NCBI GenBank assembly: GCA_963727745.1
Contig: CAVSHL010000011.1
Coordinates: forward strand, 644,344 to 708,343
DNA length: 64,000 nucleotides
Direction of reading: 5' to 3'
Origin: an uncultured Actinomycetota bacterium
GTDB lineage: Bacteria > Actinomycetota > Actinomycetes > Mycobacteriales > Pseudonocardiaceae
A model generated the notes under the pieces. That model was given only the letters and a program-made list of their open reading frames with translations. It was not told where the DNA came from and searched no databases. The translations under genes were made by a program, and so were the position numbers. Below are positions 9,613 to 18,840 of the stretch, piece after piece. The first letter of the stretch is position 1. Every line of letters begins with the position of its first letter.

Positions 9613-10188
9613 TCAGCCGCAGTCCGCGTACCGCGGGAGCAACCCGTCCGCCTCGGCCTGTTCGAACGACATCGCGGTCCGGTCGCGCTCGGAGAGCACG
9701 TACTCGATCCCCGCCGGCCACGGCAGTGCGAGATCGGCGTCGAGCGGGTCGATCGACAGCTCGTGCTCGGGCACGTAGCTGCTCGTGACCAGGTAGGACA
9801 TCACGGTGTCCGCCGCCAGCGCGATGAACGCGTGGCCCACGCCGACCGGGAAGTACATGGACCGGAACGACAGGTCGTCCATCTCGACCGCGTCCCAGCG
9901 GCCGAAGGTGGGCGAGCCGGCCCGCAGATCCACCACCACGTCCAGGGCTCGCCCGCGGGCGCAGTGCACGTACTTGGCCTGCCCGGGCGGCGTCAGCGTG
10001 AAATGGATGCCGCGCACGACGCCGTACGCGGATCGGTTGTGATTGGTCTGCGCAACTGTGTGCCGATGTCCGGTCGCCTCGACGAACGCCGGTTCCTGGA
10101 ACGGCGACACGAAGAGCCCGCGCTCGTCCTCGTAGATCGTGGGACTGAACTCGAAGGCTCCGGCGACGGCGAGCGGACGCATTTTCAT
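9613..10188 (-). CDS. evaD: dTDP-4-keto-sugar 3,5(5)-epimerase (RmlC/EvaD-like)
   Basis: DERGLF, VVRGIHF, PGQAKYV.C.RG..LDVVVDLR.GSPTFG.W, GVGHAF. ATGA overlap with the upstream GT stop. Confidence 0.92.
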   Translation of the reverse strand: MKMRPLAVAGAFEFSPTIYEDERGLFVSPFQEPAFVEATGHRHTVAQTNHNRSAYGVVRGIHFTLTPPGQAKYVHCARGRALDVVVDLRAGSPTFGRWDAVEMDDLSFRSMYFPVGVGHAFIALAADTVMSYLVTSSYVPEHELSIDPLDADLALPWPAGIEYVLSERDRTAMSFEQAEADGLLPRYADCG

Positions 10189-11387
10189 CGGGATCGGGCC
10201 GGTCGTTCGGCCAGCACTTCTTCGAGCACCTCCACGGCGCGCGCGGTGCCCCCGGCGTCGACGAGCTCGCGGTGGAACGACGCCAGGTTCTCCTTGATGG
10301 CGCGGTCCGCGGCCACTTCGCGGATCATGCGGCGCAACGCCGCCACCGTGGCCTGGTTCGGGCGCAACTGGCGGCCGATGCCCACCGCCTCCATGCGGTC
10401 GGCGGTGGCCCGCTGCTCGACCATCTGCGGCACCGCGATCATCGGCACCTCGTGGTGCACTGCCTCCATCACGCTGGTGATGCCGGCGTGGTTGATGAAC
10501 AGGTCGGTATGGGGCAGCACGGCCATCTGGGGCACCGAATCGTGCACCTCGACGTTGTCGGGCAGCTCGCCGAGCACGGACCGGTCCACGCGGTGGCTCA
10601 GCGCCATGACGACGTACCACGGCTCGCCGCGCACGGCCTCGAGCACGTTCGCGAAGAACTCCGGCTTCGCCGTGTAGATCGTGCCGAGGGACACCAGCAG
10701 CACCGGGCGGCCCGACGCGGGCGGCTCCCAGCTCCCCTGGCTGTCCTGCTCGCGCACGCACGGCCCGATGAAGTGGAAGTCGTCGCCGAAGGTCTCGCCC
10801 TTGAACTGGAAGGACTTCGGCATGAACACCAGGTGCCCGTGCACCCCGGTGCCGACGGCGTCCACGAGCTCCGCCATGGTCAGCTTGGCCCGGCGCGACA
10901 TGCGCAGCATCTCGATGCCGAACCACCACAGCCGCGGATCGAACGGGTTGGGCTTGATGTAGGGCCCCATCAGGGACCAGTGCTTGTTGGAGACGAACGT
11001 CGTCCACACCGGGACGCAGGGCACGCCCAGCTCGCGGGCGATCAGGCGGCCCCACCAGGCGGCGAGGCCGTCGAACACGATCAGGTCGGGCCGCTGCTGA
11101 CGGAACCAGCCGAGCAGCGCCGCGTACTGCTGCTTCGTCTCGGTGACGTTCTCCATCAGGCCGCGTGACAGGTCGGTCCAGTTGAGGGTGAACGGCTTGT
11201 CGGGGGGCGGCGCGATGGTCGTCGTGAACGGCACCACCTCGGCGCCGGCATCGGCCACCCGAGCGGCGTAGGTCCCGGTGGTCGCGTAGCTGACGCGGTG
11301 CCCGCGGGCGGTCAGGTCGGCCACCAGGCCCAGCGTGGGATTGATGTGGCCCGCCGCGGCGGGCGCGAAGAACGCGATGTGCACCAT
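10185..11387 (-). CDS. GT1 glycosyltransferase, MGT (OleD/OleI-like) family
   Basis: HIAFF..AAAGHINPTL, LLVSLGT, VPQMAVL...DLFINHAGITSVMEA, PMIAVPQMVEQ. Confidence 0.9.
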   Translation of the reverse strand: MVHIAFFAPAAAGHINPTLGLVADLTARGHRVSYATTGTYAARVADAGAEVVPFTTTIAPPPDKPFTLNWTDLSRGLMENVTETKQQYAALLGWFRQQRPDLIVFDGLAAWWGRLIARELGVPCVPVWTTFVSNKHWSLMGPYIKPNPFDPRLWWFGIEMLRMSRRAKLTMAELVDAVGTGVHGHLVFMPKSFQFKGETFGDDFHFIGPCVREQDSQGSWEPPASGRPVLLVSLGTIYTAKPEFFANVLEAVRGEPWYVVMALSHRVDRSVLGELPDNVEVHDSVPQMAVLPHTDLFINHAGITSVMEAVHHEVPMIAVPQMVEQRATADRMEAVGIGRQLRPNQATVAALRRMIREVAADRAIKENLASFHRELVDAGGTARAVEVLEEVLAERPARSR

Positions 11388-11642
11388 GAGCGCCTCGGTG
11401 TCGTCTGGAACGGCTTTCGCAGCGGAACGCCGCTCGGATGCGCGGTCCCGGATCGGATCTCCCGGCTACCTCGACGATAGGTCGTCAGACGGTCGGAAGT
11501 CCCCTGACAGCTGTCACGTCGACATCGTGACGGGACGACTACGTGCGTGCGCCGCGCAGCCATCACGATGGGAACGTCCTCGGCCCGCACCACGTGCGGC
11601 CGATGCCCGCGGGGTCGCCCCGCACGTCGTCAGGAGGCTGCT

Positions 11643-11810
11643 GTGACCCGCAACACCCATCAGATCGTCGTCATGTCCATCGCCGCGATCATCGGTGGCG
11701 TGCTCGGCTTCATCATCGGGCAGTTCGTCCTCACCCCGGCGATCCTCATCCCGATCGGGGTCGTCGTCGGCCTCGCCGTCAGCCTGCCGATGGTCCAGAA
11801 GCGGGCGTGA
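11643..11810 (+). CDS. Small two-TM membrane protein (55 aa)
   Basis: AGGAGG RBS then GTG at 11643; two hydrophobic helices; GC3-rich codons. Confidence 0.6.
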   Translation: MTRNTHQIVVMSIAAIIGGVLGFIIGQFVLTPAILIPIGVVVGLAVSLPMVQKRA

Positions 11811-12852
11811 GACTCGGCACCCCCCTCGGCGCGCGCTTGCGCAGTTCCGGCGCGATGACCTCGCCGAGTGCCTGCACGGAGCGCTCCACCTGCTTCTCCG
11901 GGAGGCCGCCCCAGTCGGCGAGCAGCTGGATCCGGTCGAGATCGAGCAGTGTGCTCAGGCCGGTCAGCTTCTCGACGATCTGCTCCGGGGTGCCGATCAT
12001 CAGATGCCCGTCGGGTTCGAGGCCGCGGCGGAACTGTTCCGGCTCGACGACGAACCCGCCACCGCCCGGCCTCTTGGGGCGCAGGAAGTCCCGGTAGTGG
12101 GGGTAGCTCGCCACGGCGTCCGCCGGATCGTCGACGGCGAGGTAGTGCAGTGCGAGACCGACGCTCAGCCGATCGGTCGTGCCCGCCGCGACGCCCGCTC
12201 GCCGATAGACCTCGGCCAGCTGGGCGAGCCGGCCGGCATCGCCGCCGATGTGGCCGAACACGACCGGCAGGCCGAGGCGCCCGGCGCGCACGGCGCTGGC
12301 CGGGGTGCCGCCGACCCCGAGCCAGATCGGCAGCCCGCTCTGCGGCCGTGGCGGGATCCGGACGTCGGTGAGCGCTGGGCGGAACCGCCCGCTCCACGTC
12401 ACGACCGGGTGGTCGCGGATCTGCAGGAGCAGATCGAGCTTCTCGGCGAACAGCTCGTCGTAGGCCTCGATCGGCGCACCGAAGAGGGCGAACGGCTCCG
12501 GGTACGCGCTCCTGCCGACGATGATCTCGGCGCGGCCCGAGCTCACCAGGTTCAACGACGCGAAGTCCTGGGGCACCCGGACGGGGTCGAGCGCGCCGAG
12601 GGTGGTGACGGCGCTGCTCAGGCGGATCGCCGAGGTCCGGCTCGCGATGGCGGCCAGCACCACCGCCGGCGAGGACACGACGAAGTCGACGTTGTGGTGC
12701 TCGCCGAGTCCGAACGTGTCGAGACCGACCTCGTCGGCGAGCACACCCAGATCGACGATCTGACGGGTCCGGGCCTCGACCGATCTGGTCCGGCCGTCCA
12801 CGGTGGTCGGCTGGAAGTCGCTCAGCGAGGCGATCCCGATCTCGATGGTCAT
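11779..12852 (-). CDS. LLM-class flavin-dependent oxidoreductase
   Basis: MTIEIG.., ADEVGLDTFGLGEHH, SSPAVVLAAIA, GRAEIIVGR. Start re-called at ATG 12852. Confidence 0.88.
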   Translation of the reverse strand: MTIEIGIASLSDFQPTTVDGRTRSVEARTRQIVDLGVLADEVGLDTFGLGEHHNVDFVVSSPAVVLAAIASRTSAIRLSSAVTTLGALDPVRVPQDFASLNLVSSGRAEIIVGRSAYPEPFALFGAPIEAYDELFAEKLDLLLQIRDHPVVTWSGRFRPALTDVRIPPRPQSGLPIWLGVGGTPASAVRAGRLGLPVVFGHIGGDAGRLAQLAEVYRRAGVAAGTTDRLSVGLALHYLAVDDPADAVASYPHYRDFLRPKRPGGGGFVVEPEQFRRGLEPDGHLMIGTPEQIVEKLTGLSTLLDLDRIQLLADWGGLPEKQVERSVQALGEVIAPELRKRAPRGVPSLTPASGPSAG

Positions 12853-12869
12853 GGCAGCGACGATAGCTC

Positions 12870-12893
12870 TAACTGGTGAAGGTTCACCAGTTA
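12870..12893. promoter_or_regulatory. Perfect palindromic operator (probable TetR site)
   Basis: TAACTGGTGAA-GG-TTCACCAGTTA, 11-bp arms, between the divergent LLM and TetR genes. Confidence 0.75.
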
Positions 12894-12939
12894 AGTGGGC
12901 AACATCCACCACTTGGCCGTGCGGCACTATCCTCAGCCC

Positions 12940-13641
12940 GTGGTCGAACCCGGTCCCCAGAGCCGTCCGCGCCTGCGCGCCGATGCCGAGCTGAACCGGC
13001 GGAAGGTGCTCGATGCCGCGTCCGTGCTCTACGCCGCCCGCGGCCTCGACGTGTCGCTGAACGAGATCGCGAAGGCGGCCGGGGTGGGACTGGCCACCCT
13101 GCAGCGGAACTTCCCGCACCGCGAGGACCTCGTCATCGCCGTCTTCACCGCGCGGGTGTCGGACTACGCCGACGCGGCCGACCAGGCGTTGGCGCTCGAC
13201 GATCCCTGGGACGGGTTCTGCACCTTCGTGCACGAGGTGTTCGCCATGCAGTGCGCGGACCACGGGTTCGCCGCGGTGCTGACCACGGCGCTGTCGGCGA
13301 GCACCGAGATGGACAGGGCCCGGCGCCGCGCCTACCGGGGGTTCAGCACCCTCGTCCGCCGCGCGCAGCGCACCGGCGCGCTGCGCGACGACTTCTCGCC
13401 GCACGACCTGCCGCTGTTCCTGCTGGCCAACGCCGGCGTGATCGGCGGGACGGGCGCGACGGCGGCGAAGGCCTCGCGCCGGCTGGCGGGCTTCCTGCTC
13501 CAGTCCTGTCGGGCCGACGGCCATCCACGGCTCCCGTCCGGCCCTCCGCCGGCCGCGCTGCTGCGCTCCCTCCAGGAAGGACGGTCCACTGTGACGCCGC
13601 CGACCCCTACGCGTCCGCACGCCTCGGGATCGCACGGATAG
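12940..13641 (+). CDS. TetR/AcrR family regulator
   Basis: RADAELNRRKVLDAA..., LNEIAKAAGVGLATLQRNFP helix-turn-helix. Start approximate. Confidence 0.88.
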   Translation: MVEPGPQSRPRLRADAELNRRKVLDAASVLYAARGLDVSLNEIAKAAGVGLATLQRNFPHREDLVIAVFTARVSDYADAADQALALDDPWDGFCTFVHEVFAMQCADHGFAAVLTTALSASTEMDRARRRAYRGFSTLVRRAQRTGALRDDFSPHDLPLFLLANAGVIGGTGATAAKASRRLAGFLLQSCRADGHPRLPSGPPPAALLRSLQEGRSTVTPPTPTRPHASGSHG

Positions 13642-13717
13642 GGGACCCGCTGGGGTACTGGTCCGCGCTCCCCGCACCCACACTCGAGTCACCAACGACC
13701 GGCAGAGGAGGGCAGGG

Positions 13718-15160
13718 ATGGCCGTCACCAGCGATGTCCCGATCGCCGCCGGACCCGACCGGAACCACCTGCGCCCTGCCGCACGCCTCGAGGCACTGCT
13801 CGATCCCGGCTCGGTCTCGCTGATCCAGGAGGACGACGGCGTGCTCGCCGTCCGCGGCATGGTCGACGGCGCGGCCGTGGTCGCGTTCTGCACCGACGCG
13901 ACGATCAAGGGGGGCGCGCTCGGACTGCGCGGTGCCCGGGTCGTCGTCGGTGCGACCGACACCGCCGTCCGCGAGAGCTGCCCGGTGATCGGGCTGTGGC
14001 ACTCCGGCGGCGCGCAGCTCGCGGCAGGTGTGCGCTCGCTGCAAGGCGCCGGTGAGATGTTCGCGGCGATGACCCGCAGCTCCGGCAAGGTCCTGCAAGT
14101 GTCCGTGGTGCTGGGTCCGGCCGCCGGCGCCGCCGCCTACGGGCCCGCCCTCACCGACGTCGTCGTACTGGCGGACGAGGGCCGCATCTTCGTCACGGGC
14201 CCCGAGGTCATCCGCAGCGTGACGGGCGAGGAGGTCGACATGGCCGGCCTCGGCGGGCCCGAGGCCCACGGACCCCGGTCCGGCGTCGCGCACGTGGTCG
14301 CCTCGTCGGAGGCCGACGCGCTCGCCAGGGCTCGGCGCATCGTCTCGCTCGTGCAGCGCCCCGACCGCCCGCACCCCGTGCCCGACGGGACGGACCCCGA
14401 TCCCGCCCGGCACCTGCCCGCCCGACCGGCCCGCGCCTACGACATCCACCCCGTCATCCGCGACCTCCTCGATGCGCCCGACGATCCGACCGCCTTCGAG
14501 GAGTTCCAGCCGAGGTGGGCGAACAACGTCGTCGTCGGGTTCGGCCGGCTGACCGGCCGGACCGTCGGCATCGTCGCCAACAACCCCCTCCGCAAGGGTG
14601 GGTGCCTGGACTCGGCCAGCGCCGAGAAGGCGGCCCGGTTCGTCCGCACCTGTGACGCGTTCGGCGTGCCGCTCGTCGTGCTCGTCGACGTGCCCGGCTA
14701 CCTCCCCGGCACCGATCAGGAATGGAACGGCGTCGTGCGCCGCGGGGCCAAGCTGCTGCATGCCTTCGCCGAGGCCACCGTGCCCCGGGTCACCGTGGTG
14801 CTGCGCAAGGCGTTCGGTGGGGCGTTCATCGCGATGAACTGCCAGGCACTGGGCGCGACGGCCGTCTACGCGTGGCCGGGCGCCGAGGTCGCCGTGATGG
14901 GCCCGGAGGCGGCGGTGAAGGTCCTGCACCGCAAGACGCTCGCAGCGACACCCGTCGAGTTGCATGCCGAGGTGCTCGCCGAGTTGGTGCAGCGCCACGT
15001 CGAGGACGCCGGCGGGGTGCGCGACGCGATCGAGATCGGCGCCGTCGACGACGTCGTCGAGCCGGCCGACACGCGCGCGGTCCTCGCGGCGGCGCTCCGC
15101 CGCCATCCCGAGGACGACGGCGCCCTCGTGCGCGGCGAGCACGGGAACATCCCGCTGTGA
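13718..15160 (+). CDS. Acyl-CoA carboxylase carboxyltransferase (beta) subunit, AccD6-like
   Basis: WHSGGA, SVVLGPAAGAAAYGPALTD, FVTGP, DVPGYLPG, GAKLLHAFAEA, LRKAFGGA, HGNIPL end. Confidence 0.9.
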   Translation: MAVTSDVPIAAGPDRNHLRPAARLEALLDPGSVSLIQEDDGVLAVRGMVDGAAVVAFCTDATIKGGALGLRGARVVVGATDTAVRESCPVIGLWHSGGAQLAAGVRSLQGAGEMFAAMTRSSGKVLQVSVVLGPAAGAAAYGPALTDVVVLADEGRIFVTGPEVIRSVTGEEVDMAGLGGPEAHGPRSGVAHVVASSEADALARARRIVSLVQRPDRPHPVPDGTDPDPARHLPARPARAYDIHPVIRDLLDAPDDPTAFEEFQPRWANNVVVGFGRLTGRTVGIVANNPLRKGGCLDSASAEKAARFVRTCDAFGVPLVVLVDVPGYLPGTDQEWNGVVRRGAKLLHAFAEATVPRVTVVLRKAFGGAFIAMNCQALGATAVYAWPGAEVAVMGPEAAVKVLHRKTLAATPVELHAEVLAELVQRHVEDAGGVRDAIEIGAVDDVVEPADTRAVLAAALRRHPEDDGALVRGEHGNIPL

Positions 15161-15381
15161 GCACGCGCGCAGAGGCCGACATCGTGGCGCGGGTGCTCGA
15201 GGTCAACGTCGTCGCCGGGCAACCCGTCGCGGCCGGTGACGAGCTGGTGCTGCTGGAGTCGATGAAGATGGAGATCCCGGTGTTCGCCGAGCACGACGGT
15301 GCGGTCGCCGACGTCGTCGTCGCCGTCGGCGCGGCCGTGCAACCCGGGGATCTGCTGGTCCTGCTGGACAGCGCCACCTGA
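15157..15381 (+). CDS. Stand-alone biotin/lipoyl carrier protein
   Basis: LESMKMEIPV biotinylation motif; GTGA overlap with the carboxyltransferase stop; 74 aa. Confidence 0.88.
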   Translation: MSTRAEADIVARVLEVNVVAGQPVAAGDELVLLESMKMEIPVFAEHDGAVADVVVAVGAAVQPGDLLVLLDSAT

Positions 15382-15405
15382 GCAACGCAGAGACAGGAGA
15401 CAGGA

Positions 15406-15750
15406 GTGCCGTACGTCATCGCCGAGCCCTGCATCGACATCACCGACAGGTCCTGCCTGCAGGAGTGTCCCGTCGACTGCATCTACGAGGGCGCCCGCAA
15501 GCTCTACATCCACCCCGTCAAGTGCATCGAGTGCGGCGCCTGCGAGCCGGTGTGCCCCGTCGAAGCGATCAGCCAGGACCAGGCCGTCGAACCGGGGCAC
15601 GAGCCGTTCGTCGAGGACAACGCGCGCTTCTTCGCGCTGCCGCTGCCCGGCCGTGCCGCGGCGCTGGGCAGCCCCGGCAGCTCGACGGCGATCGGCCCGC
15701 TCGGCGCCGACACCGAGCTCGTCGCCGGTTACGGCAGCCGCGCCGCCTGA
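15406..15750 (+). CDS. fdxA: Actinobacterial dicluster ferredoxin
   Basis: YVIAEPCID...CPVDCIYEG..LYIHP..CIECGACEPVCPVEAI; AGGAG RBS. Confidence 0.92.
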   Translation: MPYVIAEPCIDITDRSCLQECPVDCIYEGARKLYIHPVKCIECGACEPVCPVEAISQDQAVEPGHEPFVEDNARFFALPLPGRAAALGSPGSSTAIGPLGADTELVAGYGSRAA

Positions 15751-15762
15751 ACCGGCACGGCC

Positions 15763-16587
15763 CTACAGGCGGGCGATGATCTGCTCCCCGGTGCTCTCGA
15801 TCAGATCGTCGATCTCCGTCCCGTCCATCGTGGACGGCTGGACGACGAGCCGGTGCACGCCCGCCTCGGCGTACCGGTGCACCAGCTCGAGATCGAGCGG
15901 TGCTGGAGGCGTGATCGAGACCTCCAACGCTCCCAGCTCCGCGGGGCGCGGCCCGGCGGCCCCGATGGCCGAGATCGCCTCGGCGGCCCGCTCCGGGGTC
16001 AGCTCCCAGCCGTACCACCCGTTTCCGGAGCGGGCGGCTCGGCGGAACGCCGCCGCCGTCCCACCGCCGACGACGACCGGCGGGTGCGGCCGCTGCACCG
16101 GCTGTGGCCGCTGCACCACGTCGTCGAAGGAGACGAACTGCCCGCTGAACGACGGCGTCGAGGCCCAGAGGGCGCGGACCACGGCGAGGTACTCGTCGGT
16201 GCGGGCCGCCCGATCGGCCAGCGAGGCCCCGAGCGCGCGCAGCTCCGGCTCGACGTAGCCCACCCCGACGCCGAGCGTGACCCGCCCGCCCGACAGGTGA
16301 TCGATCGACGCGACCTGCTTGGCCAGCAACACGGGCTGCCGCTGCGGCAGGACGATCACGCCGAACCCGAGCCCGATCCGATCGGTCAGCGCCGCCAGGT
16401 GCGCCAGCGCCACCACGGCCTCGATCCGCGGCTGCTCCGGCGGATCCGACCCGGCCGCCGGCAGTGCGATGTGGTCACCGACCCACAGGCCCTCGAACCC
16501 CAGCTCCTCGGCCCGGCGCGCGCGCCGCGCCATCGTCTCCGGGTTCGCGCTGCTGCCCCGGTGCAACCCGTACAAGGCGATCTTCAT
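15763..16587 (-). CDS. LLM-class F420-dependent oxidoreductase (TIGR03619-like)
   Basis: RAEELGFEGLWVGDHIALP, QRQPVLLAKQVASIDHLSGGR, P.P.QRPHPP. Confidence 0.88.
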   Translation of the reverse strand: MKIALYGLHRGSSANPETMARRARRAEELGFEGLWVGDHIALPAAGSDPPEQPRIEAVVALAHLAALTDRIGLGFGVIVLPQRQPVLLAKQVASIDHLSGGRVTLGVGVGYVEPELRALGASLADRAARTDEYLAVVRALWASTPSFSGQFVSFDDVVQRPQPVQRPHPPVVVGGGTAAAFRRAARSGNGWYGWELTPERAAEAISAIGAAGPRPAELGALEVSITPPAPLDLELVHRYAEAGVHRLVVQPSTMDGTEIDDLIESTGEQIIARL

Positions 16588-16627
16588 CCGGCCATCCAAC
16601 ACGACGTGGCAACCGTTGTGCGGCGCC

Positions 16628-17257
16628 TCAGGCCGGGCTGATCGTCCGCACCACGCGATCCTCCTGCGCGAGCCGGCGCAGCGCGGCGAGGAGCGCGTCG
16701 GCGAGCACCGCGAAGGTGACGACGCCCTCGGCCCGGTCCTCGATCGACGGGCGCTGCCACATGGCGGCGACCTCCATCGCCGCGAGGTCTGCGGCGGCCT
16801 CGGCGTAGCGGTCGAGCAGGGCGAGCACGTCGTCCTGGCCGAGCCTGCGCAGTGTTGCGATCACCTCGGTGAGGCTGGCCCGCGCGGGGTTGTCGCCGAA
16901 GATGCTCCAGCCGTGGCGCTCGATGAGCTGATCCACCTGCACCTCGGCGAGGCGCCGCGCGTCGTCGTCGCCGTTGTCGCGACGCTGGGTGAGCGAGTAC
17001 TGGACCTTGCCGAGCTGTTCGAGGGTGTCGTCGCCGATGCTGTCGAGGTCGCCGAGCACGGCGCGGGCGGCGCCGATCGAGAGGCCTCCGACGTCGACGA
17101 GCGCGCGGATCAGCTTCAGCCGCCGGGCATGGTCCTCCTGGTACTGGGCCTGGTTGGGGCTCGTGCGCTCGCCGGGCGGCAGCAGTCCCTCGCGGAGGTA
17201 GAACTTGATCGTCGGGATCGGGACGCCGGTGCGCCCGCTCAGTTCCGCAATGCGCAC
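16628..17257 (-). CDS. MerR family regulator
   Basis: MRIAELSGRTGVPIPTIKFYLREGLLPPG; start GTG 17257. Confidence 0.9.
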   Translation of the reverse strand: MRIAELSGRTGVPIPTIKFYLREGLLPPGERTSPNQAQYQEDHARRLKLIRALVDVGGLSIGAARAVLGDLDSIGDDTLEQLGKVQYSLTQRRDNGDDDARRLAEVQVDQLIERHGWSIFGDNPARASLTEVIATLRRLGQDDVLALLDRYAEAAADLAAMEVAAMWQRPSIEDRAEGVVTFAVLADALLAALRRLAQEDRVVRTISPA

Positions 17258-17814
17258 TGTGACCTCCCCGGATTGCCCGCTCGTGCCGCAACATGGATAG
17301 CCGTGGTACCGGCTCGGCCGGCAGCGTAACACCGGAACGGGGGCATTCGGAATGCAGCGGGTGCTGCTATCCGTAGTGGTGGTATCCACGTTGTTGTCGC
17401 TTTGATCCCGGTTCGATGGCTGGGTGTCACCGTTGGCACACCCTCGGTATCCATTCCACGACGGGAGGTGCTCGATGGCTTCCGCCGCCCCGCCGGCCGC
17501 CTGGCCTGGTGATACGCCATCCGGCCGAGGGCCGTGGCGGCGCAGTCGGGCGAATGCGCGGCGACCGGGGATTCGCCACTCGCGGGGTCGTCGTGCGTCT
17601 CCGGTGTTGTTCACACAGATCGAGCGGCATAAAAGGCACATCAAACTTCGGCCTCGGCGATACGTCGAAATGCGCATCACCTCTACCCCTTTGGCTGGTG
17701 TCGCCTTGCGGTTGTCGACCGCGTGACCGCACGATTCACCGGCAATGCCCATCGGTGTGCAGAAGGGCCGGGGATGACCGATCTCGAACGGTGCGGAACG
17801 TGCGGTGCGGCGCC

Positions 17815-18834
17815 GTGATCGCGGCTCCCCTGGCGGTGACCGCCACCGGTGTCGTCTCCGCTGCCGGGTTCGGGCTCGGGCCGCTCGCCGACGTCTTCGC
17901 CGGTGTCGCCCGGCCGCACAGCGTGCCGACCGACGCCGACGGAGCCGACCACCCGCTGCGTCCCCTGCGGACCGTGGCGCCGTTCGACCGGACGCTGGTC
18001 GGCTGCCTGTGCCCCCGCGATCGGGACCGCCGTTGCCAGTTCGGGCTGCGCGCCGCCACACAGGCCCTCGACGCGCTGCCCGGCGCAGGGTTCGCCCGGG
18101 TCCGGCCCGAGCGCACGGGCCTCGTCGTCGGCACCACGGCGGGCGCCGAGTTCGTCCTGGAGGAACCGTTCGCCGTGCCGACCACCTGCACCGGGGTGAT
18201 CGCGCTGCGTCAGGGGCTGCTCGGGGTCAACGCCACGCTGTCGGGCGGGGCGCTGACGTGGCTGCTCGCGGTCCGGTACGCGCGGACCGTGCTGGCCGAC
18301 GACCGCGCCGATCGCCTCGTGGTCGGGGCGGCGGACGAGGTGACGGCCAGCACGGCGTGGGAGTGGCACCAATCCGGTGTGCTGAGTCAGGACACCCCGC
18401 TCGGCGAAGGCGCGGCCTTCTTCGCGGTGCAGCGCCGAGCCGCGGTCGAGGCACCCGTCGCCGAGCTGCTCGGCTGCGAGGTCGGCTACTTCGGCGACGC
18501 GACCCCCGCACTGGTCGGCGGCCTGCGGCGCTGCATCACGGAGGCGCTGCAGCGCAGCGGCCTCACCGCCGCGGACGTCGACGTGATCGTGCCCGGCACC
18601 ACCGGCCACCTCCGGCTCGCCCGGCTCGAACGCAGGGCACTCGCGGCCGAACTGCGAGCGCTGCCCCCGGTGCTGAACGTCGTCCCGCGCCTCGGCGAGG
18701 CCCACAGCGCCGGCGGCGCGTTCCAGCTCGCGGCCCTGCTCGCGACGACTCCGGCAAGCACGGCCGGGCGGATCGGCCTGATCACCTCGGTGGGTGAAGA
18801 CGGCGGCGCGGGAGCGCTGGTCGTGCGGTGCTGA
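17815..18834 (+). CDS. Beta-ketoacyl synthase fold protein lacking the catalytic Cys (chain-length-factor-like)
   Basis: AVTATGVVSAAG, TGLVVGTT, NATLSGG (no active-site Cys), LVVGAADE, LGEGAA, LGEAHSAGGAFQLAAL. Start uncertain (GTG 17815). Confidence 0.7.
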   Translation: MIAAPLAVTATGVVSAAGFGLGPLADVFAGVARPHSVPTDADGADHPLRPLRTVAPFDRTLVGCLCPRDRDRRCQFGLRAATQALDALPGAGFARVRPERTGLVVGTTAGAEFVLEEPFAVPTTCTGVIALRQGLLGVNATLSGGALTWLLAVRYARTVLADDRADRLVVGAADEVTASTAWEWHQSGVLSQDTPLGEGAAFFAVQRRAAVEAPVAELLGCEVGYFGDATPALVGGLRRCITEALQRSGLTAADVDVIVPGTTGHLRLARLERRALAAELRALPPVLNVVPRLGEAHSAGGAFQLAALLATTPASTAGRIGLITSVGEDGGAGALVVRC

Positions 18835-18840
18835 GCGCGC

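Noticed and set aside
17774-17818. 14-aa ORF MTDLERCGTCGAAP overlapping the KS-like start (leader peptide or RiPP precursor)
   Set aside because: Too short to assess and no maturation enzymes nearby; may be chance or a shifted KS N-terminus.
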